DNA from: Batkoa obscura
Lineage: Eukaryota
Length of the DNA: 64,000 nucleotides
Assembly: GCA_030770535.1 (NCBI GenBank)
Contig: JASVEC010000025.1
Coordinates: forward strand, 1 to 64,000
Direction of reading: 5' to 3'
In this document: positions 38,294 through 53,587 of the stretch, in pieces
How the letters are laid out: every line of letters begins with the position of its first letter
Numbering within the stretch: position 1 is the first letter of the stretch
The notes under the pieces: model-generated
Database searches by the model: none
Told to the model about the DNA's origin: nothing
The model's input: the letters and a program-made list of their open reading frames with translations, nothing else
Position numbers and translations under genes: made by a program

Positions 38294-39692
38294 TATTATT
38301 TTTATTATTATTAAAAAATATGATTTTTAAAATTTATTTTTATGCTTCTTTCATTAAAAATCACTTGATTTTTAAACCCAATTTAAACAATTTTAGTGGC
38401 TGAAATTTCGGAATTGTGAGCTGGCATTTTTGAAGTTTGAAATGAAGAAATAAAATGTGTAAGATATAAATATAGTATGTAATAGATGGGATGGAGATAG
38501 AAGTAAAGTTGGCTTTGTATTTATACTAAAATTTACTAAAATTTTATTGAGCTTTCATTGTTATGTGTATGAATAAGAGTTCCTAAAGCACAAATTTAAA
38601 GCCATTAATTTTTTATATAAAAGATAAAATAAATAAACGTTTTAATTAAACAATATTTAAATAATATAAGTTGTTTTACAAAATTGATAAAAAGACTAAG
38701 TTATAAAATATCATAAATGCTATTCAAGGCATTTTAATTTGTTTATATACTAGCTGATCTTTCGATATATAAATGGTTTTTTCTTTTCATTAGATTTTCA
38801 TTTTTTTTAAAAGCTAAAAAAAAGTTGTTAGCAAATCGTTGGTAACAAAAAATACTAGAATGATAATAAGAATGATCTTTACAAATTATAGAGGCTTAAA
38901 TATTAATACAAATACTGTCTTCAATTTTATTATAAGTTATAATAGTTTTTTTCTTTAGGTTGAAAAATGAGAATTAAATATTTCAATAAACAAAAATTAT
39001 CTTAAATCAATAAAAAGGTTGAAGATAAAATTAAAATTCTTTCAACAAAAATGATACATAGAAACTAGGGACTATTTAAATAGCAGTGATTTTATGGTTT
39101 ATTGTTTTAATAGTAATATATAGGTATGGAATAATAACGTTATTGTTACTTTAAGTAACTTCAGCTTATATAATAAAACTAATTTGGGTTATATAAGACT
39201 ATTAACATAATAAAAAAATATTTTGAGCTTTTTGTCAAAAAAGGTACTAAATTCCTTTAATTTATCATCTAATATACAAATTAGTTATCTTGATCAATTA
39301 AATAGTAAAAGTATATTATATTAACAATTCAACATAAGTAGTAGTAATTTTGAAAATAAAAAGTATTTTTCAATTAGATATCCTTGTATAGAACATCATA
39401 TATTTAAGAACATTGAAACTATGTTTGAGAATTTCATTTGTCTATTGTTTATTTTTTCAAATCTTAAATCCTTACAGATCAAGGATTTTAAATTAACAAG
39501 TATAAATTCAGGAATTGATATAACCCTACTACACTATTATTATTTACTATAACTTATACAAATGAAATAAGTAGAAATTTTTATAAAGCAATTGAGGATA
39601 TTCTAATATTATATTAGATTAAGCACTAGTAAATATTATTTAATATCATGGTACTTTAATTTATTAACTTATTAAAAATACTAACTATATAT

Positions 39693-39791
39693 GGGGATGT
39701 ATTTTTATGTTTAAGAATTTTATTAACAATCTTTCCACTCAAATAGCGCTTAAAAAATGGAAAAAGTGATGAAACCAAAAAAAACACCTTC
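39693..39791 (-). mobile_element. MITE family A, copy 14
   Basis: Consensus match; flanks ATAT/ATAT. Confidence 0.9.
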
Positions 39792-40571
39792 ATATATTAT
39801 TGAGAAATTACTTATAAACTAAAATATTGTTGTTTTACTAGAAATGTAAATTCAACACTAAAATACTATTATCATATATGTTGCGAAATTTCAAAATTTA
39901 ACTATGATAGAATACTTATATGAGTTAATTCAATATCAAATTAGTTATTACACAAGAGGCTTTCTTTTTTGTTGTTTTGTCCAATTTTTATACGACATAG
40001 GATAAAAATATTTATTAGTTAGATGTTGGAACTAAAAATACATTCTCATGTTGATTTGTCGAAATCATTTTATGAATGTATAAACCTTTGAGTGAAAATG
40101 CCATACTGTATTAGCTTTACTGAAAACGATACAATAAAACATAAAAAACTATAGTACCGAATAATAACATTGAATTACCTATATTTTAATTTTTTAAACC
40201 TTTCATTTTTAAGTAAATATTGCACTTTAGTGTAAAAAGATAGAATTTTGTTTTTTTAATTTCCCTTTTCATAATATAATTTTGAACAAGTAGCTCAACC
40301 ATACTTCATTTTTATAATTAAAATGATTATGATATAAAGTTGATTTAATCTATTATATGAAAGTACTAAATAAATTAATGAATAAAGCACTAAGAAATAA
40401 AATAGAACAAGCTACCTATGATTGGTTCTATCTCAAACATAGAAACAACCTGAAAATGACCTAATAATTAAAACGCCAACCTCAAAAAAGCGCTAAAAGA
40501 GTAGTCTAATTTTGATTTTGATTACAACTTAAGATTTACCTTTCTTTTTTAATTTTAAAAATTGGAACATA

Positions 40572-41674
40572 ATGTCGGAAGCCCAAGCACGTAAATATTT
40601 AGCCGATGCTCAAACTAAAGAAAAATATAAGGGTTGGTTTGGAGGTGATAAATTAGACGAAGCTTATGAGTTATATAATCAAGCTGGAAACTCATTCAAA
40701 TTGGCTAAATGCTGTAACTTTTTTTCATGATCAATAATTTTTTAAATTGACTTTTTTTAAAAAAAACTAGGGAAGGAAGCCGGAGAATCTTTTAAAAGTG
40801 CAGCTAGAGTTTCTACTTCTTTAGGTGAACAAAATGATGCTGCTACACAGTATGTTAACGCTGCAAAGGCTTATAAAAAGGATTATCCACAAGGCAAGAT
40901 TTTTTTCATTAAAAGATTGTATAAATCCTAATATTTATTTAGATGCTATTGATTGTCTTAAATTAGCAGTAAGCATTTTAACTGAACGTGGAAGGTTCCA
41001 TTCTGCTGCTATTCAACAAAAGGAAATTGCTCAACTATATGAAACAGAGTTAAATAATTTAAATGAAGCTATGGCATCTTATGAGTTAGCTGCTGAATGG
41101 TATAGTTCAGAGGATTCAAATGCGTAAATTACATACCATTATTTTAACCACATCTTTTAACATAAATTAAAGCATTGCTAATTCGTGTTTATTAAAAGTG
41201 GCTGAGTTTGCGGCTCAACTAGAACAATATGATAAGGCTATAAAGATTTTCGAACAAGTAGCGAATGATAGTGTCAACAACCCATTGGCTAAATGGTCAG
41301 TTAAAGAATATTTATTAAAAGCAGGTTTATGTCATCTTTGTGTTGGGGTAATTATAGTCAAAGGCTTTTTTTTAAATATTTATAAAATTGTAGGACTCAG
41401 TGAGTACCCTAAGAGCACTTGAAAACTATGATGAGTTAGATCTTTCGTTTTCTCAAACTAGAGAACGAAAACTTTTAAGAGTAATTTAAAATAGAAACTT
41501 ATCCATTTTTGTAATTGTTATTTTTAGAATCTATATGAAGCCGTTGAACAAGAAGATGTTGAAGGATTTACAAATCACGTATTTGAATTTGATCAATTAA
41601 CGAAGCTAGATAATTGGAAAACAAGTTTAATGTTGCGCATCAAAAAATCGATTGGTGATGAGTCTTTAACTTAA
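40572..41674 (+). CDS. SEC17: alpha-SNAP (6 exons, one GC-AG intron)
   Basis: [53 protein letters not shown]. Confidence 0.95.
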
Positions 41675-41903
41675 TGTATTACAAAATTAATATTTTTAAA
41701 TTGGTTTTAATATAAGATTATTAAATTGAAGTTATTTTCTAGCCAATATTTTGATTTTATACATTAGCACTCCTATAATAAATTTATCGCATTATTTTTA
41801 ATAAACTTGAATAAAATTTATGTAATAAATCTATTGCTTTTATTCTTTATATTAAACTTATAGTATCTTTAATAAGGCTGAATAAAAATTATATAATACT
41901 AAA

Positions 41904-42050
41904 TTATTTTTTGTTTTTAGTCATCATCTCTTGTCTCTTTTTATCTCTTTCATGTTTGCCTTTATCAATTTGAGTTTTTACCCAAAGCACTAAGATGGTC
42001 GCCATAGTAAAAGCTGCAAAAGGTTGGGCTATTTTGGAATTGATGTTCAT
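41904..42050 (-). CDS. 48-aa microprotein with one hydrophobic helix and basic tail
   Basis: MNINSKIAQPFAAFTMATILVLWVKTQIDKGKHERDKKRQEMMTKNKK; AAAATG start context; candidate 5'UTR intron upstream. Confidence 0.7.
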   Translation of the reverse strand: MNINSKIAQPFAAFTMATILVLWVKTQIDKGKHERDKKRQEMMTKNKK

Positions 42051-42268
42051 TTTATAAACTAATAAGGAAGAATCCTCTAATAACTAGTTATTGAGATTAT
42101 AATCCCAAGCAACTTTCAGCTTGATTGGTTACTCTGTTGCAAAATTAAAGCACAAACTTCAAAAACCGTTAAACCATATGGGCTCTCAATTTTAATTGGC
42201 CATCACCAAGCAGTATAAAAGGCACTTGAGTTGGTTTATAAAAAGGTAAAAAAACTCTTCTTTTAAAA

Positions 42269-42689
42269 ATGTCACAATATTATGAATTATACCGTAGTAG
42301 CACATTAGGGATGGCATTAACAGATTCTCTTGATGAGTTAATTACCACTGGCCAAATCAACCCTCAATTAGCTATGCGCGTTTTAAATCAAGTAAGTAAA
42401 AGTTTAAAAGACTTTTTAAAAAGTTAATGCTTGATTTAGTATGACCGTAGTGTCACTGAAACTTTAGGAAACCAGGTTAAAAGTAGAGCTACTTTTAAGG
42501 TATTTATTACGCACTTTTTTGAATTTTAGTTTAAATTGACTTTAGGGTCATCTTCATACTTATAGATTCTGTGATGACGTTTGGACTTTCATCATTGAGA
42601 ATCCTACCTTTAGGTTTGAAAGTGAAGTGGTCAACGTACCTAAAGTTAAAATAGTTGCATGTAATGCTAAGAAACCTGGGGAAGCTTAA
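42269..42689 (+). CDS. TOA2: TFIIA small (gamma) subunit (3 exons)
   Basis: [22 protein letters not shown]...[16 protein letters not shown]...KVKIVAC. Confidence 0.96.
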
Positions 42690-43086
42690 GTACCTCATAT
42701 TAAGCACTTGGTTGCTATGCTTTTTAGATTTTAATTTAATAAATTCAATGTGATAAATACTGAATTATTAGTCTTTATTTAAATTATTGTCTAATTTGTT
42801 GCTTAAATATCATTTATCTTATACTAAAATTTAGAAGTTGTTGATGAACCACATAATAGGTAAAAAACTACAAGCAGCTTTGATTTTGAAACATTTAAAT
42901 TATCTAAAACTAATAAAACGAGTATTTTAAATTATATTCAAGTATAAAGTCAACATATTAGTATTATTTGTTTGTGCTTTTATTGTGTCAAAAAATACTA
43001 AAACAAAAGAATAATCTATAATTTGATTTACTAATTTTAGAAGCTCTAATAACCCAAAAGTTGTATCTATAAAACCTCAAATCGAC

Positions 43087-46000
43087 CTAATTTTCTACCA
43101 AAGATTTAGGCATTGTATTAATACACAAAGTTTGCAATGGTAGCATTATTGGGAACAGTTTGATTCTTTTAGCGGTTTTTACATTGTTTTCAGGGAGATA
43201 AGTAAGCATAACTGGAATTGGCCCAAGGATAATATTATACTTTTTTAAATATTGCTTTTCAAATTTCATAGCTGATTTTGCAAAATTCCTCCTCTGTTCT
43301 TCATTACAAGCATCATATTTCAATTCTCCTTTAACGAAATAAAACCTGCCATCTTTGGTATTGATTGAACATATTTTACCCCCACGAATATCCTCAAAAT
43401 TTACTATTAAAAAGGTTAGTTACATATTTATTCAAGTAATTAGATATTAAGTTACGAAAATATGCTTGTGTATTAAGCAATAATTTAGCTATATGTTGAA
43501 CGCTTAAATGACTTATAGGAGAAGAGAGATAAATTAACTGCGACATTGAAGTTCTGTCTTCTCTTTTAGTATCATTATAACTTAGTGATTGTGTAATTGT
43601 AACGCTTGGGAAACTATTTAAATAATAAAAACCAGATTTGATTCCTAAGTATGGTTTAAAATCAGGGTTTATTATACTCTCGATACAATGGTTATATTCA
43701 ATTGCTTTAATTACATATTCTTTAGCACACTGGTAAATATATTTACCATCTATATAAATAGAATTATTATTATTATTATTATTACATATCAATATTAAAC
43801 TATTACGGTTTTTAACTATTCTATATGGCAAGCACCATCGATTTAATCTCTTTTGCTCATCGCTAAACTTTTTAGCTTTACCTACTTGAAAGTTAATATA
43901 AATTGATTTGATTATAAACAAATTACCTAAAACACATCTTGTTATTTTATGTGGATCTATTACTTCTGGATTGAACAAATCATAGTAGTTATATAATTCG
44001 GATTTTGGATTTAACATTAAATCCTATTTTGTATAAATATAAATATAACAAACATAACAATGAAAACATAATTTACTTGTAAAAGTTTTGGCAATTCATG
44101 AGCGTGATTTCTAGGCATAAGAGCTAAGAGGTGAGCATATGGAGAAAGTGGTTTTCCAATAGTAAACTCAAACTTTTCTTTTGGTATTCCAGCCTTTAAA
44201 ATATCTAGAATGACTGTTTAGAAAAGAGAACTTGAGCATAAAAATAATTACTTTCTATCCGAATTGCTCTTCCGCCTGGATAAAACCAATCCCAGGATGG
44301 CATTCCACGAAAAATATAGTATATCGTATATTGGAGTGATTTTAGATAATCACTTATTTTTGCGTTTATATCTTTATTATCCTAAATTATAAATTAATTT
44401 TATACACAAATAATCTTACTAATCTACTTACATTAAGACAATTTACATTTAGTTCATCCTTTCGATCAATATTCACAATATACTTTTGTTCTTCGTCAGG
44501 AAAATCAATTTTAATCATGTCATGATTATGAATGACTAAATTAGCATTTTCACAAGCCGATGCCAGCTGCTTCAAATACGTAGATAAATTAACATATTCA
44601 TAAATTTTCTCTTTAATTTCAATTGGAAATTTAGTATTAGCCGATAATTCCAATTTTTGTTGCAATGTAGCTTTGTGTACCATTTTTTTTTCAAAATAAG
44701 TTTCTGCTTCTTTTATAACGATCTGTTCAAACTTCATAAATTTTTCTATTTTCTTTTTACCTATTTGAGATATCAATTCAAAAAGATAGAATAAATTTTT
44801 AAAATTTATTTCTCCATTAAAAAGAAAATGACCTTCTCCGTGTTCTAAATAATAAGCATAAATTTCTAGCAATCTATCAAACCCTCCGTATTCGACATTG
44901 ATACCATAGATACCAGGTATATAATCATTTCCACTAAAAGCAGCTAATAAAATAAAATCGTCTAATATTCTCTCTTCACTCACCTTAAACTTAGCTTTTT
45001 TAGTATAAAACTCTTTAATGATACATTCTCTCAATAATGAAATATATATTGTTTCAAACTTGAGATTAAATGTATTTGAAATACTATTTTCGGTTGGTCG
45101 TATAACAATAAAGCTTGGTTCGTGAGTAGATAAAGTTAGTAAAGTTATATCTGCATCAGAGCCTAGTACGGCATGCTTTAAATTCGGATTATAATCTTTT
45201 TTAGTTTTACAAAGTCTTATATAATCCATGATCTTATGTTCACCCTCCCCAGGTACCTTATTATTATAAGAAACATGATTTATTTAAATTATTATTTAAA
45301 TCTTACAAGGTGTCCAGATAATATAATTTGAGGCTTTTTCCAGTTGGAGGAGGAACCTGTGTTACTGTTGAGTTTATCGAGCACATATTTCTCAAAATCG
45401 ATATATAATTTGTGCATAAACTCAGTGCCTTTAAGAAATTTAGCTTTAACATATTTGTATGTATCCAAATTAAAGTACCGGGTGTTATTGAAATAGAAGT
45501 GACTTCTTTACTCGAGTTTAATTCATTGATCTTTTTGTAATTAATCTTCTTCTACTGACATTTAATTATACATATACATATCATATATTTTTTATTACCA
45601 ACATTTCATTTATCTCTTCTTCCGTTTGAGTACTTAAATTGAATCCTAACTCTTTCCTAGCTATCTTTATCCTTCGCAGCCTTTGTGTACTCACTTTAGC
45701 TAGTGGAGCGACCCCTATATAAATTTATTAATCTATTTTATGATAACAAGTCAAAATTACAAACCATCTGAGGCAATGTAAATCAATTTTTGAGGCCTTA
45801 CAGCATCAATTGTTTGTTCTAATCTTGTTACCAACTTGTTGAACCTTTGTTTATAGTCTATTTCTCTATTTTTGGACGAAATTTTCATATTAACATGTAC
45901 TAATTCATTGAAATCAATGTATAAATTATCTATTTTGGATTAGTTGCTATTCCCCAAGTTTATTATCTCGTACCTATCTTTGGTAACGTATTTACTGTCG

Positions 46001-46109
46001 AAGTCTGATGCGCTAAAGGATAGCGGTGTCTAATGAGTGTTAAGTGTTATAGAAATAGCAAGAGTATATGAACATACTTAAGCCATTGATTAAATTTTTT
46101 GATTGCCAT
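43087..46109 (-). CDS. Divergent, short XRN-family 5'-3' exoribonuclease (many exons; 3' end uncertain)
   Basis: DNLYIDFN, SDGVAPLAK, ITPGTEFM, PGEGEHKIMDYIR, GSDADI, DDFILL..SGNDYIP, PSWDWFYP, P.SPYAHLLALMP. Confidence 0.85.
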
Positions 46110-46625
46110 TTAAAAAACAAATGTACTTTTTATTTTTTATATTTTAAATTCTTGTCTATTTTTTTAATCCAATTTATTCAATACTGATTGGACAATTAGT
46201 GTAGTTTTTTTTGTAATTATAATAAAATTCGGTAAATTTGCTAATTAACTGAAAGTAAAAGTATCATTAAATTAATCCTATATTATTGTTTAACTAGGAA
46301 ATGTCGATTCCATATGATATTAAAAACAGCGATTACTATTTAGTTATAAATAAACTATAATTACTATTAACAAAACCAAGTTCTATTATGTTTAATCATT
46401 TTGTATATATTTCAAAATAATATTAGTAAACATTGATATTTAACTGCAGAATAGCCCATTTAAATAAAATCATGAGAAATACACCACTTCTTATTATAAT
46501 AAACAAAAACGTAAAAAAGTATTATATACCTAAAAAAATCAATCCTAGTGCTAAATTATACAAAAGCATATATAGAACCATTTAAAATAATATAAATTTA
46601 ATTTTATACTTGCGCTTTTCAACTC

Positions 46626-48143
<1,518 letters not shown>

Positions 48144-49266
48144 GATTGTTTATTTCTATGTTTATTAAATAAAGTGATTTGACTTTAGCCAAAGGCTGGT
48201 TTTTTAGGATCAAAATCTAGAGCCAATCAAATGAAACCTTGGATTTTGGAAAGAATTTTGGAAAGGATATTGTAAGGATTTTGATTTTTACATTAGGTTG
48301 TATAGTAAAAATCATTTCCAAAAAATTTCAAATTGAAAAATAAATTGTTTATAGCTTATCGAAATAAATAATATTCAAACCTATAGTTTTATTTTATATA
48401 CTTGACAAAAATAAACTCGCTTTTATAAAACTATAAGCTTTTAGCTTTAAAAAAGCTATATGTCTAATATTACACAGTTTTCTTAATAATATAATATAGC
48501 ACAGTGAGAAGAAAAATGGCCCGAATATCATTATAGATTTTATCATATGCGACTATATATATAAATACAAACAAATATAGTCTGTTAAATAAACCTCATA
48601 ATAGTATTTCAATATTATAGAAGAAAATTAGAGCTACTATAAGCTTGTTGAATAAATACTATTTGATATTAAATAGAGCATTTATATGATTTTTTTACTT
48701 GTGAACACTTTTCTAATATTTTCTAATAAAATAAATATTAATTTCTAAACATTTACTAGTTAATTATAATCACTATGAAAATCTTATATAAGCCTTCAAA
48801 ATATATTTTTTCATTAATCTGATATTTGTAATTATTCGATAAAAAACAATTTATATAAATACTCCTTCAGCTATTTAAAATCTTATGAAATTGTGAGCAT
48901 TATTCTATTGCTTTAGATATTATCTCTAGTTTAGTTATAAATGAAATACTAATAAAATATCAATTTTTTACAAAACATCAAAACCTAATATTTATAATGT
49001 GAAATTTTTAATGTTTATTCAACCTAGTTATTTATTATACCAGCAGGACGAGATAAATACATTGATCAAAAATGTACAAAAAAAATACTCCCTCCAGAAC
49101 AAAATAAATAGTATGTTGGCAAAAAAATTATTTACTATAACTGCTTTATATAAATCTTGGGTTATTGAAATTAATATCATAATAAAAGCAAACTTTTATA
49201 AAAATATTTTCAATATTAAGTTTTATTATTTTTAAACTTTTGATAATTATTTTAGCTAGTTAGTGC

Positions 49267-49937
49267 TATGGAAGTTGGTACTCAGTGGTAAGAGTTAAAA
49301 GCAATTCTTACTTGATTAACTTACCATAAGTCGAAAGATCTTAGTTTATGTAATTAAGATAGACATAAAGGAATAGGAGTAGTAGGTAATAAGCTACGAA
49401 CTATGTAAAATAAATAGAATAGAATAGAATAGAATAGAATAGAATAGAAAATGGGGATATATTTTTTTGTTTAAAAATTTTACTACCAATTTTTCCACTT
49501 AAATAGCATTTAAAAGATGGAAAAAGTAATGAAGCCAAAAAAAACACCCCCAAATACTAATGTAAAATCTACGTAAAATACTATAAGACTTAGTAGCTTT
49601 ATTAAAGGTACGATATCAGCGAATAATTCAATCAAAAAGCCTCGAGTTATCATGTTGAAGAATCTCTTTTATACTCCAACTGGGTGGTTATATATGAGAA
49701 GCATGATAACAGTTATTCCTTATTGTAGTTACCAAGTATGGACATCAAAATGTGGACAATAAGTTCTTCATGATTAGGCGGTAGGAATTCTCATAACAAA
49801 TCTAAATAAAGGACTTTGGATTGATTGTATCACATGAATCACGATCAAACTGAATACAAGGCTACAATTAGTTTTATAAACAAGTCAAGTGATTATTTTG
49901 ATAATCAATTATAGAGCTGGTGAAGCAATATTTCACA
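49267..49937 (-). mobile_element. Solo LTR, copy 1 (671 bp)
   Basis: TATGGAA...TTTCACA with 4-bp TSD GTGC (49263-66, 49938-41); near-identical inverted copy at 58652-59319. Confidence 0.85.
49453..49551 (-). mobile_element. MITE family A inside solo LTR 1
   Basis: Flanks AAAT/AAAT; next to (AATAG)7. Confidence 0.9.
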
Positions 49938-51091
49938 GTGCTTATTTGTTTTTTAAGCTATTATTTAATAAATAAATAGCTAAAGCTTTGATTTTTTATT
50001 AAATAAAATTTTAGTTTAAAAACTAAATTGAACCAATAATTTAATTAGCATTTATTATGCCTGAGAAGCACTTTCAGTAGATTAAAAAATTAAATTTTGG
50101 TGCTTGAGAAACACTCCCAGGAAACAAAGGATTAGTTTAATTGATTTTTTTATTTTTAGGTCTGCATCTTCACTTTTTCAAGGGGTTTAAGTTGTTATAA
50201 AATCCATTTTTACTTGAATCAAGTCCTTTTTTTATATTCCGCTTATTGTTTTAACTTAAATATTAAATTAGTAAACTAATTCTCTCTTGATTTGCTCTAT
50301 AGTTTTATTAAACTTGCATTTTTGTAATAGATGTTCATAGATTCTATGTCTCTCATCATTAGTCAAATCTTCTTTCTTACTTTTCTGTTTTCTAAGCTCA
50401 GGTAAGTTTGTAAACTGATCTTGTTTTGTTAGCCATTTTCATGAATAAAAAGTGACTGTAAAAATAAAAGCTAACTTAAAACAAAATGCGTTTTAACGAA
50501 TTCATTCTGTTTGGTAAAACCACTTGTTATTTTCTATCTACTTTAAGGCCTCTGCGTAACTTCAAGGGGCAGTATAAAAATAGACTTTTACTGTAAAAAA
50601 TGATTAAAAAGATAATATAAATATATAGATCAACCAGTTTATTTATTTATCAATACAGTAAGCTTAATATGGAAAGTACTGAAAAATATATCATTTATTA
50701 TGTTTTGCAAGAGTACATAATAACTCACTATAAAAATCGTATTTATAAAAGTAAACATTTTAAAATTTTGAATATTTTAAGCAAACAAATACTTTAATAC
50801 ATTTAATGTAAGCTTTATTTATAGACTGTTTCAAGACTGTTTTGGTAAAATTGGAAAACTTTTAGTCTGAATATCTAGGATGTTATTTTTTTAATAATTT
50901 ATTTTACTTTTTTAGGGTGCTTTGAGATTTAATTAATTAATACCAATTATATAACTCAGATAAGAAAGGTATTGTTCTTTTAATAAAATTATAAGAACTT
51001 TAATAAGCATTTATCACACCTATTTATCATTTTAAAATACACAATATAAATAACATAAAACGTAGAATTAAGTCACTAGGTTCTTTTTTTA

Positions 51092-52525
51092 ATGTTTCTA
51101 TTACTATTGTTATTCAATTTTTTATCATATAGCTCAATAAAACTTTTGCCAAGAGTGGATAGTGGCGGATGTACAATAGTTGAAAATAAGTTATATTATT
51201 TAGGTGGAATTATTCAACTTCCAAATTTAAATTATATGAAAAATAACACTGAAGTATTTCACTTAGATTTAGAAAAAGGATTTAAGTTAGTCGATAATGT
51301 TGCACCGTGGAAAAGGAAGGCTTCAATTAATTCACCAAAAGAAATGACAAATGTAAAGTTATTCAAAATAGGAAAGGAAAATAAAACAATAGCGAGTTTT
51401 TATAATACCAACAATATGAGAAAGTTGTACTTTAATTATTATGATATTAATAAAAATGAATGGAACAATGAATATTGGATCAAGGATTTATTTAATAAAG
51501 ATCAAATTAAAATGATGAACAAGTATGAATACCAATTGTATCCCTTTATTTCACAAGACGATACAAATCCTAAGCAGTTTTATATAACCGGTAGACTATT
51601 TCTTGATAGTGTGAAAACAATGTTGCCACTTCAGTTAAGCTTATTTAATATTGAGACAAAAATGATACAGAAAATACACGACTTTTCTAATAATACTGCT
51701 GTTCTCCCCTTTCTTGTTTTGAATAAAAACTTTTATTATTTTGGGGCAAGCGGATATAAAGGTTCTAATAAAGTCTTATTAAACGAGATGAATTTAGTAT
51801 CTTTTAAGGTAAAAGCCCATCCTATGAAGTATGCCGTAAATCCGTATTCAATCTATTTTGTAAAAAATAGCCATCATATTTATTTTGTTGGATTTTCTTA
51901 TGAACCTACAAGAAAAGAAAAAAGAATTACAATCTCCGAATTAAACCTCAGCCCACTTTCATTAAAAGAGTATACTCCGAATACGAATAACCTTGGCTGC
52001 TTTACCCTTTATGAGAGTTTTTTAATTAATTCTTTTGGTAAAAGGATTTTAGCGTTCGGAAGTGCTCAACCAGAAGAATCGTCTGATAAGACTCAAATAT
52101 TAAATATGGCTAATTGGGAAGAAATAGATAGTTTGCCATCTTTAATTAAGGAGAATGAAAATAATAGAAGTTCTAATAATACTAATGAACAAGCAAGAGA
52201 GACAAAAAATAATGATAATGCTACATTAATAGGTGGTATTATTGGGGGAATTACAGGTGCTATATTATTAGCAGCAACTATAATATTTATATTATATAAA
52301 TATAAACAAAGAAAAGAAAGAGCACCAAGTATAATTTTAGAGCCTATGGTCAATGAGCCAATGGTCAATGAGCCAATCAATCCTCTAGACATCAATAGTG
52401 GCTATAATAGTGAATTATTTAACTATTATCATGAAATTGATGATGATAATAGTCTAGTTCCTGAAAAATCATATATTGAAAATAAAAGAAGGACGAGTGT
52501 AACTAACGAAGCGAAAAGAACTTAG
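51092..52525 (+). CDS. Type I membrane protein with Kelch-like ectodomain
   Basis: Signal peptide, PR..GGC..VENKLYYLGG, TM helix IGGIIGGITGAILLAATIIFIL followed by basic residues; intronless. Confidence 0.85.
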   Translation: MFLLLLLFNFLSYSSIKLLPRVDSGGCTIVENKLYYLGGIIQLPNLNYMKNNTEVFHLDLEKGFKLVDNVAPWKRKASINSPKEMTNVKLFKIGKENKTIASFYNTNNMRKLYFNYYDINKNEWNNEYWIKDLFNKDQIKMMNKYEYQLYPFISQDDTNPKQFYITGRLFLDSVKTMLPLQLSLFNIETKMIQKIHDFSNNTAVLPFLVLNKNFYYFGASGYKGSNKVLLNEMNLVSFKVKAHPMKYAVNPYSIYFVKNSHHIYFVGFSYEPTRKEKRITISELNLSPLSLKEYTPNTNNLGCFTLYESFLINSFGKRILAFGSAQPEESSDKTQILNMANWEEIDSLPSLIKENENNRSSNNTNEQARETKNNDNATLIGGIIGGITGAILLAATIIFILYKYKQRKERAPSIILEPMVNEPMVNEPINPLDINSGYNSELFNYYHEIDDDNSLVPEKSYIENKRRTSVTNEAKRT

Positions 52526-53269
52526 CTTAAAACTTGATTATATTGGGATTAAAAAAGTATTATCATATAATTACCTTAATACTTCATAAAGATTTGAATA
52601 TATATTTACTTATTAAACATGTGTGATTGTCTTTTTCTTTCTATTTATTATATATATATTTAGCTCAAAATTTATTATAGATTATATTAATACTAAATAA
52701 TACTAAGATAAATAAATTATAGACAATCCAAAAGTTAAATAGACTAACCAAAATATTATAAATATCTGCTTTTTTTATACGCAAATAATAACTTTTTTTA
52801 AAAATTAACTAGGTAAAGATAACCATGAAAAACAAAAAGTAAATTTAAAAATGTATAGATCAAAAGTACAGTATGTCATCTTTTTTTAAAGTGAAAGCTT
52901 TGTAAAAAATATCAAACAAATACCTTTCAAGTTTTTACTAAAAGTCAAGTCACATACGCTAATAGTGTTTTTTTAAGGCCTATAATAAAGTTGATATACA
53001 GTTAATAGTTTCGAAGCTATAGTTAATAAAATAACTTTTTTAAACTTGACATAGCTGATTTAACGAATTTTAGTATTATTATTATTAAAGCAGAGACAGA
53101 TAGACAGCTCACTATTGGTTGAAAAAAGAGAAAAGCTTAATTTTATTGGCTATTAATGTGAAGTCGGATGTCTCACTAGCTACACTGTGTTACGTAAGAA
53201 TGAATACTAAGTTGCTCCAAGTATAAAACAAATAATAGAGAGTCACTTCAATTAAATTAAATTTTAACT

Positions 53270-53575
53270 ATGAAGAAATGGTTTGATTTCCCAAAGTTAG
53301 ACTTTGGATTAAGTCCAGAGGTAAATATCTTATTATCGTATTAATAATGGTCTTATGATTTTAGTATATTGCACAGACAAGACAGTATGTAGGTAGGTCG
53401 TATTCCGCCGCTATTATTGTGTCTGGGATTGGAATAGGGCTAGGTAAATTATTATGTGATATTACAATAGTAAGCTTTTCAACAAAATTAAAAACGATTA
53501 GGTTTATTACTCCATAAGTATTCTAATCCAGGAGAAATTAAAGAAAAAGAAAAAGAAATAAAGCAAGAGAAATAA
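53270..53575 (+). CDS. 67-aa single-TM microprotein (3 exons)
   Basis: Exons 53270-53320, 53365-53443, 53502-53575 splice in frame: MKKWFDFPKLDFGLSPEYIAQTRQYVGRSYSAAIIVSGIGIGLGLLLHKYSNPGEIKEKEKEIKQEK; TATAAAA at 53222. Confidence 0.75.
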
Positions 53576-53587
53576 GATTTTGTTTTA

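Larger units (their letters stand above)
49088..50713 (-). mobile_element. Degenerate mariner/Stowaway-type DNA transposon interrupted by a solo LTR
   Basis: TA-CTCCCTCCAGAACAAAATAAAT left TIR; degenerate right TIR ATTTATTATGTTTTGCAAGAG-TA; broken minus-strand frame at ~50160-50430 (DLTNDERHRIYEHLLQK...FNI*VKTISGI*) resembling a mariner N-terminal HTH. Confidence 0.65.

Noticed and set aside
48183..48197. Reverse complement resembles the U2 snRNA stem (GCCTTTGGCTAA)
   Set aside because: No branch-point recognition sequence GTGTAGTA or Sm site follows.
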